Of a DNA stretch of 64,000 nt, positions 47,485-56,775 are shown piece after piece. A program made the position numbers and the translations under genes. The stretch's first letter is position 1. Every line of letters begins with the position of its first letter. Origin of the DNA: an uncultured Gammaproteobacteria bacterium (GTDB lineage: Bacteria > Patescibacteriota > Patescibacteriia > GWA2-47-26); contig CAZHIP010000001.1 of assembly GCA_964532925.1 (NCBI GenBank), positions 126,621 to 190,620 on the forward strand. Reading direction: 5' to 3'. The notes under the pieces are model-generated. The model ran no database searches. It had not been told where the DNA came from and saw nothing but the letters and a program-made list of their open reading frames with translations.

Positions 47485-48507
47485 CTACGTTCCAATGTGG
47501 GCTGCCATGTCGATGAGGCGTACAGAATAACCCCATTCGTTGTCGTACCAAGCTAAAACTTTTACTAGGTCGCCATCTACCACACGCGTCATGGACAGAT
47601 CAACCGTGGAAGAAAAGCTTGAGCCAATGAAGTCGGATGATACGAGTGGAAGATCGGTGACCCCAAGAATTCCTTCCCAGCGTTCTGATGCAGCAGCTTT
47701 GATAAAGACTTTATTGATTTCTTCTACCGTGGTTTTCTTTTTTAAGACAAACGTGAAATCCGAAAGTGAAACATCGATTGAGGGTACGCGAATAGCAATA
47801 CCATCAAACTTACCTTTGAGATTAGGTAGTGCTTCGTAGGTTGCTTTGGCAGCGCCGGTTGAGGTTGGGACAATATTAATGAGCGCCGCGCGTGCGCGGC
47901 GGAGATCGGGGTGAAGTGCGGGAGGAAGACCATCGACGATGTTTTGCTCGGCCGTGACAGAATGGACTGTTGTCATCATAGCTTTGGCAATGCCAAAGAC
48001 TTCGTCCATGATTGCGGCTACTGGTGCGATGGAGTTGGTGGTGCAAGAAGCGTTGTTGATAACGGTTGCATCGGATGGGCATGATTCGTGGTTGACGCCC
48101 ATGAGGTATGTGGGGACGTCTTTTGCGGGGGCAGAAATCACCACGTGTTTTGCGCCAGCCGTAATATGCGCTTTGGCGAGTTCCATTTCGGTAAACCTAC
48201 CGGAGCATTCCAAAACAACATCGACATCATATGTACCCCATGGCAACTTGGTTGGTTCTTTTTCTGTAGTGACCGGGATTTTTTGTTTATCAATAATGAT
48301 AAATCCATCGGTCGAACTTACAGCGTGGTCCCACGTACGAAATACTGAATCGTATTTTAAAAGATGAGCGAGCGTGGATGGCGCGGTGAGATCGTTGATG
48401 GCGACAAATTCGATATCATCGCGATTCCAACCAGCCTTAAGAGCAGTTCGGCCAATGCGGCCAAATCCGTTTATTGCAATACGAATTTTTTTCTGATTCA
48501 CCGACAT
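47485..48507 (-). CDS. gap: type I glyceraldehyde-3-phosphate dehydrogenase
   Basis: INGFGRIGR NAD-binding motif and SCTTN catalytic Cys motif. Start moved to the internal Met MSVNQKKIRIAINGFG. Confidence 0.9.
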   Translation of the reverse strand: MSVNQKKIRIAINGFGRIGRTALKAGWNRDDIEFVAINDLTAPSTLAHLLKYDSVFRTWDHAVSSTDGFIIIDKQKIPVTTEKEPTKLPWGTYDVDVVLECSGRFTEMELAKAHITAGAKHVVISAPAKDVPTYLMGVNHESCPSDATVINNASCTTNSIAPVAAIMDEVFGIAKAMMTTVHSVTAEQNIVDGLPPALHPDLRRARAALINIVPTSTGAAKATYEALPNLKGKFDGIAIRVPSIDVSLSDFTFVLKKKTTVEEINKVFIKAAASERWEGILGVTDLPLVSSDFIGSSFSSTVDLSMTRVVDGDLVKVLAWYDNEWGYSVRLIDMAAHIGT

Positions 48508-48552
48508 GAAAGCATGAGAAATGATTACTCTTATTGTATCACGCACGGCAAA

Positions 48553-48588
48553 CAAAAAAGAGTGGGGATAACCCCACTCTTTTTTTAA
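48553..48588. terminator. bidirectional intrinsic terminator
   Basis: AAAAAAGAGTGGGGataaCCCCACTCTTTTTTT, between the tsf 3' end and the gap 5' end. Confidence 0.65.
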
Positions 48589-48599
48589 AGTTTTTTTGT

Positions 48600-49187
48600 C
48601 TACACTTTTTCTTCCAAGTTGAAGCGGACGAAACGGCGGATCTGAATGTTCTCACCGAGTTTTGTAATCGTAGATTTGATGAGCTCTTCGATCGTCATGT
48701 CTTCGTCTTTTACAAATGCTTGCTTGGAAAGACAGACATCGGAGAACCATTTGTCGAGTTTGCCACCGATAATTTTCTCAACAATCTCCGCAGGTTTCCC
48801 AACAACTTCACCGCGATAGATTTCTTTTTCTTTTTCGATAAGTTCTGCAGGAACCTGGTCTGGGGTTGTATAGAGTGGAGATGTTGCGGCAACCTGCATC
48901 GCGATGTCGTGTGCAAGTGCTTGGAATGCGGGGTTCCGTGCGACGAAGTCTGTTTCGCACAGGAGCTCTACCATGACGCCAATCTTGGTGCCGTGGGTGT
49001 AGGCATGGACAATTCCTTCGGATGTAACACGATCAGATTTTTTTGCTGCTTTGATGACACCAGATTTTCGCAATAGTTCTGCCGCTGTTTCGAGGTTATC
49101 CTTTGATTCCTCAAGGGCCTTTTTTGCTTCGAGTACGCCCGCGCCAGTCATTTCGCGGAGTTTCATGACGAGTTTTGCATCTGCCAT
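48600..49187 (-). CDS. tsf: translation elongation factor Ts (short form)
   Basis: MADAKLVMKLREMTGAGVLEAKKAL... UBA-like N-terminus. Start moved to the internal Met. Confidence 0.9.
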   Translation of the reverse strand: MADAKLVMKLREMTGAGVLEAKKALEESKDNLETAAELLRKSGVIKAAKKSDRVTSEGIVHAYTHGTKIGVMVELLCETDFVARNPAFQALAHDIAMQVAATSPLYTTPDQVPAELIEKEKEIYRGEVVGKPAEIVEKIIGGKLDKWFSDVCLSKQAFVKDEDMTIEELIKSTITKLGENIQIRRFVRFNLEEKV

Positions 49188-49270
49188 AGAAAATATAAAT
49201 AATGATCGCCCTTCGACCCACGCTCCGCCAAGGCTACGGCGGGGCAAGTGAGCTTAGGGAGTATCAGTTG

Positions 49271-50005
49271 TTACTTTTGTTCGGTCGGAGCTGCGGCAGC
49301 AATGCGCTCTTTTTCGTATTCAGCGCAACCTTCTCTGTAGCAGTCAGCAATATAGTTTACCATGAGTGCGATGGATTTGACGCCATCGTCGTTGCATGGA
49401 ATAGGGAAGGTAATTTCTTTTGGATTGGTGTCGGTGTCACACAAAGCCACGATCGGAACGTTCATTTGTTGGGCTTCGCGGAGTGCAGTGGTTTCGCGGC
49501 GTGGGTCGATCATAAAGATCGCATCAGGAGCCTTTTTGATGTTGGCAATACCGCCAGCTTTCTTTTCAGTTTTAATAAGCTGTTGAGAAAAACCAAGCTG
49601 TTCCTTTTTTGTGTATTTGCCGAGTTCACCGCGTTCCTGTTGACCCTTGAGGTCGAGATACTTTTTTAAGAGGTTTGAGTAGATTTGATCGAAGTTGGTG
49701 AGGGTTCCACCAAGCCAGCGTTCGGTAACGTATGGGGAACCGGCGCGGAGTGCAGCCTCTTTCATGAGACCTGCAGCCTGCTTTTTGGTACCAACCCACA
49801 TAAGGACCTTGCCACGGCGACCGAGATCGCGGACATAGTCACCGGCACGTTCCATGAGGCGAACTGTTTCCTCGAGGTTAATAATATAGATGTTGTTGCG
49901 CAAACCGAACACGAACGGTTTCATGTTTGGGTGCCAGCGTGATCGTTTGTGACCAAAGTGGACGCCCGCTTGCAACATGTCGACGAGGCTAGGAATAGTA
50001 GCCAT
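49271..50005 (-). CDS. rpsB: 30S ribosomal protein S2
   Basis: LQAGVHFGHKRSRWHPNM... S2 signature. Conserved rpsB-tsf pair. Confidence 0.9.
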   Translation of the reverse strand: MATIPSLVDMLQAGVHFGHKRSRWHPNMKPFVFGLRNNIYIINLEETVRLMERAGDYVRDLGRRGKVLMWVGTKKQAAGLMKEAALRAGSPYVTERWLGGTLTNFDQIYSNLLKKYLDLKGQQERGELGKYTKKEQLGFSQQLIKTEKKAGGIANIKKAPDAIFMIDPRRETTALREAQQMNVPIVALCDTDTNPKEITFPIPCNDDGVKSIALMVNYIADCYREGCAEYEKERIAAAAPTEQK

Positions 50006-50028
50006 AAAAACATTGTTTCTCCTGCGAG

Positions 50029-50125
50029 TTAATCCCTTGTTATAGGGAGGATAGTAATAATTGAGACTACTGGCATAGCCCTCCGCATGACTCGCAGGTA
50101 CACGAGGATGAGGCTATGAATAGAC
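50029..50125 (-). promoter_or_regulatory. structured 5' leader of rpsB-tsf; candidate S2 autoregulatory element
   Basis: About 120-nt untranslated leader with long-range perfect pairing CCTGCGAGT...ACTCGCAGG and GGAGGG...CCTCCC. Confidence 0.35.
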
Positions 50126-50129
50126 CGAG

Positions 50130-50158
50130 ATATTAGCATCCGTAGGCCCTCTTGTCAA
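50130..50158 (-). promoter_or_regulatory. sigma70-type promoter of rpsB (TTGACA-17-TAATAT); its -35 shares a palindromic TTGTCAA core with the rpmE promoter
   Basis: Minus strand reads TTGACAagagggcctacggatgcTAATAT. Confidence 0.5.
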
Positions 50159-50180
50159 ATCTAAACGGGGGTGCTATAGT
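50152..50180 (+). promoter_or_regulatory. sigma70-type promoter of rpmE (TTGTCA-17-TATAGT)
   Basis: TTGTCAaatctaaacgggggtgcTATAGT. The ATG at 50200 is about 12 nt past the predicted transcription start. Confidence 0.5.
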
Positions 50181-50199
50181 GTGCCCACTGACAATATAT

Positions 50200-50499
50200 A
50201 TGAAGGCTGCAATTCACCCAACATACAATAAAGAAGCAAAAATCTCCTGTGCCTGCGGAGCCGAGTTTGTTATCGGTTCGACAGAGCCAGTAATCGGTAT
50301 TGAAATCTGCTCAAAATGCCATCCGTTTTATACGGGTAAGCAAAAGCTTGTCGATACGGCTCGCCGTGTTGAAAAGTTCGAAGAGCGCACAGCCAAAGTC
50401 GCTGCTGCTTCGACTGGTCGCAAAGGTAAGACCGTCAAGATTGCTGCAAAAACCGCAAAGCGCGTTGCAAAAGCAAAAGCCGAAGAATCAGAAAAGTAG
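50200..50499 (+). CDS. rpmE: 50S ribosomal protein L31 (zinc-ribbon type)
   Basis: MKAAIHPTYN...CACG...CSKCHPFYTG. Start moved to the internal Met. Confidence 0.85.
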   Translation: MKAAIHPTYNKEAKISCACGAEFVIGSTEPVIGIEICSKCHPFYTGKQKLVDTARRVEKFEERTAKVAAASTGRKGKTVKIAAKTAKRVAKAKAEESEK

Positions 50500-50577
50500 A
50501 TTGGTTTTTAAGGAAGATCCGTTCTCTGCGGGTCTTCTTTTTTATTGGGACGCAAGGTACAATCGTGAATCAAATAT

Positions 50578-51633
50578 ATGAGCACAGAATTACAGAAAAT
50601 CTACGACCGAGCGCAGGAACTCGAATCGCTTATGTCCAAGCCAGAAACATTGGCGGATTCTTCGCTGATGCAAAAATATGGCAAAGAATATAGTGAGGCA
50701 AAGGAAACCCTTGATCTTGCTGAGCAACTAGAGAAAACAGAAAAAGAAATAGCAGAGGCAAAGCGTGTGTTGGCAGATGAGCAAGATTTAGAAATGCGCA
50801 CCATGGTTGAAGAAGAATTAGTTGAATTGCAAAAGAAAAATAGTGCATTTGCCAACGAGCTTGATGAAATTTTGCATCCTGCTGACCCACTCGACAAGCG
50901 TAATATTGTGGTTGAAATCCGCGCGGGAGCGGGCGGAGATGAAGCTGCTATGTTTGCGGGGCAATTATTTCGTATGTACTCGCGGTTTGCTGAACGTCAA
51001 GGTTGGAAGACAAACCTTATGTCTGCAAGCCGGACCGACCTCGATGGGTTTAAAGAAGTTATTTTTACGATGGAAGGAAAAAACGTATATCGCGCGCTCA
51101 AGTGGGAATCCGGTGTACATCGAGTGCAGCGTGTTCCAGAAACAGAAAAAGCAGGTCGCGTACATACATCAACGGCAACGGTCGCCGTGCTTCCGGAAGC
51201 CGAAGAATTTGATATTGAGCTTGATCCAAAAGATTTAAAGATCGAAGCCTCAACCTCTGGTGGTGCTGGCGGACAGTCAGTGAATACAACTTATTCCGCT
51301 ATTCGTATGTTGCATATTCCAACCGGCATTACGGTGTCGTGCCAGGATGAGCGTTCTCAACAACAAAATCGAATTCGCGCTATGCAGGTCATGCGCGCCC
51401 GTGTGTTTGCGTATGAGCAAGAAAAGCTTGATCGGGAGCGCCGAGAAGCGCGTCGTGGGCAAATTGGCACAGGAGATCGCAGTGAGAAAATCCGCACTTA
51501 CAATGTGCCACAAGATCGCGTGACCGACCATCGTATCAAAGAGTCATGGCACAATGTGGATACTATTTTGGATGGCGAACTCGGGCCTATTTCTGAGGCG
51601 CTGCACCAAGCAGAAAAACAAGCGCGAACATGA
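50578..51633 (+). CDS. prfA: peptide chain release factor 1
   Basis: GGQ motif ([15 protein letters not shown]) and RF1-type [14 protein letters not shown]. Confidence 0.9.
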   Translation: MSTELQKIYDRAQELESLMSKPETLADSSLMQKYGKEYSEAKETLDLAEQLEKTEKEIAEAKRVLADEQDLEMRTMVEEELVELQKKNSAFANELDEILHPADPLDKRNIVVEIRAGAGGDEAAMFAGQLFRMYSRFAERQGWKTNLMSASRTDLDGFKEVIFTMEGKNVYRALKWESGVHRVQRVPETEKAGRVHTSTATVAVLPEAEEFDIELDPKDLKIEASTSGGAGGQSVNTTYSAIRMLHIPTGITVSCQDERSQQQNRIRAMQVMRARVFAYEQEKLDRERREARRGQIGTGDRSEKIRTYNVPQDRVTDHRIKESWHNVDTILDGELGPISEALHQAEKQART

Positions 51634-52466
51634 GTATCAAAGAAGTTTTACATGATGCAGTTCAAATACTCGGCAAAGAGATGATTCTTGATGCCGAGGT
51701 ATTGCTCGCGCACGCCGTGAATAAAGATCGTGGGTGGATGATGGCTCATGGAGATGTGGAAGTTGATGAAACAACCGCAGAGGTTTTTCGTAACATGATC
51801 GCGCGAAGAAAAGCAGGCGAGCCGGTAGCGTATATTATTGGAACGAAAGAGTTTTTTGGTTTAGATTTTAAAGTGGATACGCGCGTGTTAGTTCCGCGAC
51901 CAGAAACTGAAATGCTGGTGGAGTTGGGGCTTGAAGAGTTTGATAAAAATCCTCAATCAACAGGTATTGATGTTGGTACTGGCAGTGGGGCAATAGCGGT
52001 TTCGGTTGCAAAACATGCACCAGAAACTCGTCTGATCGCGACAGATATTTCAACTGATGCATTAGCGGTTGCTCGCGAAAATGCATATACACATGAGGTG
52101 GTTGATCGTATCAGTTTTTTAAAAGGTGACTTACTCGAGCCAATTGATTTCAGTGCTGGGAGCTATGTTATTTTGGCTAATTTGCCGTATGTAAGTGAAG
52201 AGGAGTATAAAGCAGAAGCTTCCATTCAAAAAGAACCAAAGATCGCCTTGGTTGCACGCGAAGATGGAAATGCGTTGTATCGTGAGCTATTTGAGCAACT
52301 AAAAAAACTCCCGGAAGGAGTAGTGTGGGTTTTATTTGCAGAATTTGATCCACGGCACACTGAGTGGATGCGTGCGACTGCGAAAGAATATTTTTCAAAC
52401 AAAGAGATTCGTATTCAAAAAGATCTAGCGGGCCACGAGAGGATCCTTAGTATTCGCCCGGTTTAA
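51630..52466 (+). CDS. prmC: release factor glutamine N5-methyltransferase PrmC (HemK)
   Basis: SAM-binding DVGTGSG and an NPPY-type motif (ANLPYV). ATGA overlap with prfA. Confidence 0.8.
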   Translation: MSIKEVLHDAVQILGKEMILDAEVLLAHAVNKDRGWMMAHGDVEVDETTAEVFRNMIARRKAGEPVAYIIGTKEFFGLDFKVDTRVLVPRPETEMLVELGLEEFDKNPQSTGIDVGTGSGAIAVSVAKHAPETRLIATDISTDALAVARENAYTHEVVDRISFLKGDLLEPIDFSAGSYVILANLPYVSEEEYKAEASIQKEPKIALVAREDGNALYRELFEQLKKLPEGVVWVLFAEFDPRHTEWMRATAKEYFSNKEIRIQKDLAGHERILSIRPV

Positions 52467-52893
52467 GTTTTTTGTTACGCGCGCGAATGGATAGTGCTAC
52501 GCAAAATAGGAGTGCCCCCAAGAGATCGTTTGCAAGGTCTTTCATAGTGTCCGTGAGAGAGGGTTGCATAATGCTCTGGGCAAGATAATCGTGAAGGAAT
52601 TCATAGTGCTCCCAGAGAATACCAATGAGTGCGGTAATGCCGATAAGGTAGAGATAAAAGAGTGGCCGCGGAGTGATATTGATCGTGCTTTTTTCTCTGC
52701 GAAACAGTGAGTAGAGGAGGAATCCTGCCCACGCTGCTGCAGCACCGCCGGCGATATGAAATGGGATATCTAGTCCGTTGATACGCTTACAGATATCGCC
52801 ATACACTATATTGAGGCTTGCCATGGTTCCGTAGACTACGGCCATGGGGGCCACAATGAGAGTAAGTTTTTTGAGAAAGGAGATAAGACGCAT
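52447..52893 (-). CDS. hypothetical integral membrane protein
   Basis: 148 aa, 3-4 TM helices. Confidence 0.4.
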   Translation of the reverse strand: MRLISFLKKLTLIVAPMAVVYGTMASLNIVYGDICKRINGLDIPFHIAGGAAAAWAGFLLYSLFRREKSTINITPRPLFYLYLIGITALIGILWEHYEFLHDYLAQSIMQPSLTDTMKDLANDLLGALLFCVALSIRARNKKLKPGEY

Positions 52894-52895
52894 AA

Positions 52896-54002
52896 TTAGT
52901 ATTGTACTCTGGTGTTAACAGGAACAATTTCTATCCAGGTCGGACCGGCATTAAAATTCATCTCATTGCCCGATTGATCAAATAAGCGCATACGTGCACT
53001 GGGGCTGTCTTTTTGCCAGGTGCCAACTATTGCGGCTCCATCGCGGAACAGATACGCGGGGCCAGTTCCTTCGGTGGTAAATTGCTTGCGGCCGACCTCA
53101 TCTAAGACGGCCATTTTTTGTACAACGACGGCAATATTTTTTGCGGTCAACACAGTGCCGGTACTTGTTGTGTGCGAGCCTCCCCATTGCACGCGAGTAT
53201 AGCTGTTCGCATCTTTATTATACTCCCAGGTGACCGTATAGGGCTCAGAGTATCCGATAGTGATAGCGGTAGTTGTGCCGCGCTCTTTCGCATCAGTTTC
53301 TTCTTTGTACTGCCAGGCAGGCAAACTCTGTGACCATTTTTCGAGTGAGGTGCCAGTAAGTTTTTCGGTAATTGCTTGGGCTAATTTTATCGTGGAAGTA
53401 AATGTGTTGTGTGGGGCATAGCGATCTTTTGCTCGCACAAAAAATTTGCCGTTGTAAAATTCGTTTAAGGTGAGGATTCCTTGTCCGCGAATACGTTCGA
53501 GCGCAGCAGGTGAACCACCAACATGTGTAAGCATGGCGCCCAGTTCTGTTGCCCACGTGAGGTAATAGGGTCGTACTGATCGTACGGGGCCAATAAGATC
53601 GTCGCTTGGAACCATGTCAGTAGGGAATGGGATCACCGCCATGAATCGGGTGATGGTGGCTTCCACTAACGACTCGTACACGAGCGAGGCTTTGTCGAGT
53701 CCCGAGACCGGCTGTGCATCGCGATAGTTTTCTATCATGACAGCAACCAGTGGCGGGTTACCCAAACCTTTCGGTACCCAAACGCCATCGATAGCACGAC
53801 GTTCTTTTGGTGGTTCGGGATTCGTAATACTTACAATGGCTGTGGTGATTGGTCTATGAAAAGCAAGCCCAATACACAACACTATCCCTCCAAGAATAAG
53901 AAGAGATAGTGAGATTGCGATGATAGGATGCTTGTGAACGCTCGTCGAACACGAGTGTGTTGTGTGTCGAATTTTTTTGAGTACGTGCGCGAATATGCGC
54001 AT
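52896..54002 (-). CDS. membrane-anchored DUF3048-like (YerB-like) protein
   Basis: N-terminal TM helix. Blocks AQPVSGLDKASLVYESLVEATITRF and IGPVRSVRPYYL resemble the YerB/DUF3048 family. Confidence 0.5.
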   Translation of the reverse strand: MRIFAHVLKKIRHTTHSCSTSVHKHPIIAISLSLLILGGIVLCIGLAFHRPITTAIVSITNPEPPKERRAIDGVWVPKGLGNPPLVAVMIENYRDAQPVSGLDKASLVYESLVEATITRFMAVIPFPTDMVPSDDLIGPVRSVRPYYLTWATELGAMLTHVGGSPAALERIRGQGILTLNEFYNGKFFVRAKDRYAPHNTFTSTIKLAQAITEKLTGTSLEKWSQSLPAWQYKEETDAKERGTTTAITIGYSEPYTVTWEYNKDANSYTRVQWGGSHTTSTGTVLTAKNIAVVVQKMAVLDEVGRKQFTTEGTGPAYLFRDGAAIVGTWQKDSPSARMRLFDQSGNEMNFNAGPTWIEIVPVNTRVQY

Positions 54003-54022
54003 GGCGGTAGGAGAAGTACGAA

Positions 54023-54697
54023 TTACTTCTTTTCCGGAGTTGCGTCTTCGCCGTCTTTTGCTTTTTCTGGTTTGGCTACTTTTTCAACAGTATCAAGATT
54101 TTCAACAACTGCATCACCAAGTGACTTCAGTTCTTCGTCTGAGCGAGGTGGCATAACCTTCGCAATAACATCGTCGGTTTTTGTGGTGAGCGTAATGCCC
54201 TTTGGAAGCACGATATCGTGGATGAACAATGCATCAGCAAATGTTTTGAGAGGGGAAAGGCTGACTTCGATATCTGACACGAGGTCGGTCGGCAACGCTG
54301 AAACCTCAACTTCGTCGATAGTTTTGACCAAAATACCTGCCAATTCTTTGACTGCTGCAGAATCGCCCACAAATTTGAGTGGAACAGTTACCGTAATCTT
54401 TTCGTTCATGTTCAATGCGTAGAAGTCTACGTGTGAGATACGGTGTGTGATCGGGTGACGCGAAAGATCGTGAATAAGCACCTTGAGAGGAGCTTTTTCA
54501 TCGATAGTGAGGTCGATAATATTGGTAGCACCTGCTGCCAAGAAGACTTTGGCAAAGATGTTGTATTCCATCTGAACATTTTCTGGCTTCATGGCGTTTC
54601 CATAGACAACACCAGGAATCAGCTGCTTCAAGCGGAGCGTTTTGGTAGGCTTACCGGTGATAGTTCTGGATTTTGCGTTGAGTGCAATTGCCTGCAT
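54023..54697 (-). CDS. rplY: 50S ribosomal protein L25 / general stress protein Ctc
   Basis: N-terminal 5S rRNA-binding domain (RLKQLIPGVVYG) and an acidic C-terminal tail. Confidence 0.8.
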   Translation of the reverse strand: MQAIALNAKSRTITGKPTKTLRLKQLIPGVVYGNAMKPENVQMEYNIFAKVFLAAGATNIIDLTIDEKAPLKVLIHDLSRHPITHRISHVDFYALNMNEKITVTVPLKFVGDSAAVKELAGILVKTIDEVEVSALPTDLVSDIEVSLSPLKTFADALFIHDIVLPKGITLTTKTDDVIAKVMPPRSDEELKSLGDAVVENLDTVEKVAKPEKAKDGEDATPEKK

Positions 54698-54755
54698 ATT
54701 GATAGGGAAAAATGTGCCAGTATTAAACCATAGCGCTCTTGATGTGTCAATCAGG

Positions 54756-55841
54756 CTATGCAGATCGTACTTTTATGCTCTGGATTATACCTAAAAGTAT
54801 GCATATAGAGAGCAGAGATGAGCCGCCATAGGAGACGAGAGGAAGGGGGAGCCCTGTCACTGGCAACACACCAATATTCATACCTATATTGATAATTGCC
54901 TGTGTGCCGATGAGGATTTGGGTGCCAGCAATGAAGAAAAGACTGAAGTTATCACGAAGGCCATGCGCAATACGGGTGAGCCTGTATATGAGGAAGATGT
55001 AGCAACCAATGATAATGGTGCCGGCAATAAAGCCAAGCTCTTCCGAAACAACAGCAAAGATAAAGTCTGTGTGCGCTTCGGGCAGAAAGTGTAATTGGCT
55101 TTGTGAGCCACCACCCAATCCGCGACCAAAAGCTCCGCCAGCACCAACGGCCACGATCGACTGAGTAATGTTGTAGCCGCGACCGCGAGGGTCGTTCGTG
55201 GGATCAAGAAATGTGAGGAGGCGATCTTTTTGATAGTCTTTTAAGACAAAAGACCAACCAATGGCTGCCAGCATGAGCGCGCTTGCTGCAAGTGTGAGGA
55301 TGATTCGTTTCGGGAGTTTCATCAGAAGAAGTGTGCCAAGCCAAATAGCACCCAAGATCGCAGCGCCTCCCATATCCGGTTGGAGGATTACAGGAATCAT
55401 GTAAACACACAACAGCACAAAACCTTTGACGGTGATACTCCAGCTAGGAATGTATCCTTGGTTAGAAAAATATTTTGCCAGTGCAATAATGAGTGCAATT
55501 TTTGCGAGTTCGACCGGCTGAAACGAAATGCCACCAAGATTAAACCAGCCACGAGCACCATTAATAGTAGACCCAAAAAAAAGGACGCCGATGAGGAGCA
55601 CTAAACTTATTAAGTAGATCCAGCGGCTTTGATATTGGATAAGGCGCCAATTAAAAAGCGGTGCGGCCAACATCACGATTACGCCGAGGCACGCAAAGAT
55701 AGTTTGTTTTTGGAAGTTCCAGAATCCACCCATTGATCGCGAAAGGTCAACGGAATAAATGGCTAAGATTCCAAACGTCATGAGCACGAGAACTGAGGCT
55801 AAGATTCCCCAGTCGTAGCGCTTGTACAGAGAAAGTCTCAT
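54756..55841 (-). CDS. SEDS-family peptidoglycan glycosyltransferase (FtsW/RodA/SpoVE)
   Basis: 361 aa, about 10 TM helices. Conserved segments GISFQPVELAKIALIIALA and P-x-DFIFA. Confidence 0.8.
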   Translation of the reverse strand: MRLSLYKRYDWGILASVLVLMTFGILAIYSVDLSRSMGGFWNFQKQTIFACLGVIVMLAAPLFNWRLIQYQSRWIYLISLVLLIGVLFFGSTINGARGWFNLGGISFQPVELAKIALIIALAKYFSNQGYIPSWSITVKGFVLLCVYMIPVILQPDMGGAAILGAIWLGTLLLMKLPKRIILTLAASALMLAAIGWSFVLKDYQKDRLLTFLDPTNDPRGRGYNITQSIVAVGAGGAFGRGLGGGSQSQLHFLPEAHTDFIFAVVSEELGFIAGTIIIGCYIFLIYRLTRIAHGLRDNFSLFFIAGTQILIGTQAIINIGMNIGVLPVTGLPLPLVSYGGSSLLSICILLGIIQSIKVRSA

Positions 55842-56695
55842 GAACCAATGTCAGTTTTTACTGCTTGAGGCAGGGGCATGGCTACCGAGGGGTCAAAAAT
55901 ATCGATTTGGGGAATTGCCTCAACAGAAGATACGCCACCAAGTGGTGCGGGAAGAACAATATCAGCATTGCGGGTTTCACCACTCGTGAAGGTATCAAAT
56001 ACTGTTTGTAGTGCTGCGGCAACACGGTCGCCTTGATACACAAGGACAAGCATGGGTACTTGCCAGTAGCTCCATGATGTTGCGTTGGTTGCGGTAAAAC
56101 TTACGTGATAGACAACGGTTTTTTTGTCTTGTGCAATATCTGCTGCGTATTTTGGATCTTTGATGACAAAATTGCGGCGGGCTTTTTTGTATGCCTCGAT
56201 ATCAGGGACATCGCTTTTACTTATGTGTTGCCATAGAATGGCAGATTTGTCGACTGCAATGCTGGCATCATCGGCTGAAGAAAAAATATACGCTGTGTCA
56301 GCGGGGGCGATGCTGGTAGTTGTTTGTTTTTTTGTGCCAGGGATTGAGTAGTGTATACGTGCGACCCAATCGGTGTTGGGGTTTTGGATAGTGGTGAGTA
56401 CACCACTTTGTGAGGTGGTACGTGGATCGCTAATAATGAGATCAGCTGGTGATGCTGATGTGTGAAAAGCTGCGAGCGGTACCGAGGGGGCGGTCAAAAA
56501 ACTTGTGGCACGATTGCGGATAGTCTGACTAAGAAGTGTAGTGTCGAGTAGGGTATAGAAAAAATATCCCCACGTGATGGCAAGCAGACCAAAAAGGATG
56601 CTGAGACTTAGCTTGCGTACACCATTTTTGTGATAGAGGAGCCACGCCGCAACCGAAAGTTCGCGTTCTGATAAATTGTTATTGGTGCTTTCCAT
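55838..56695 (-). CDS. hypothetical membrane-anchored protein
   Basis: 285 aa, one TM helix. ATGA overlap with the SEDS gene. Confidence 0.4.
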   Translation of the reverse strand: MESTNNNLSERELSVAAWLLYHKNGVRKLSLSILFGLLAITWGYFFYTLLDTTLLSQTIRNRATSFLTAPSVPLAAFHTSASPADLIISDPRTTSQSGVLTTIQNPNTDWVARIHYSIPGTKKQTTTSIAPADTAYIFSSADDASIAVDKSAILWQHISKSDVPDIEAYKKARRNFVIKDPKYAADIAQDKKTVVYHVSFTATNATSWSYWQVPMLVLVYQGDRVAAALQTVFDTFTSGETRNADIVLPAPLGGVSSVEAIPQIDIFDPSVAMPLPQAVKTDIGS

Positions 56696-56708
56696 AGAAT
56701 GGTACTTA

Positions 56709-56737
56709 TTGTATCAGAGCTCTTGGTCTGCTACAAT
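56709..56737 (+). promoter_or_regulatory. sigma70-type promoter of gyrB (TTGTAT-17-TACAAT)
   Basis: TTGTATcagagctcttggtctgcTACAAT. Confidence 0.5.
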
Positions 56738-56775
56738 AATTTCTTGTTTTTAGGCAGTTGCAAATTACGGAACTT

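Noticed and set aside
50300-50581. 93-aa plus-strand ORF overlapping rpmE in another frame
   Set aside because: It is an alternative frame through the Lys/Ala-rich tail of L31 and the prfA upstream region, with no independent signals.
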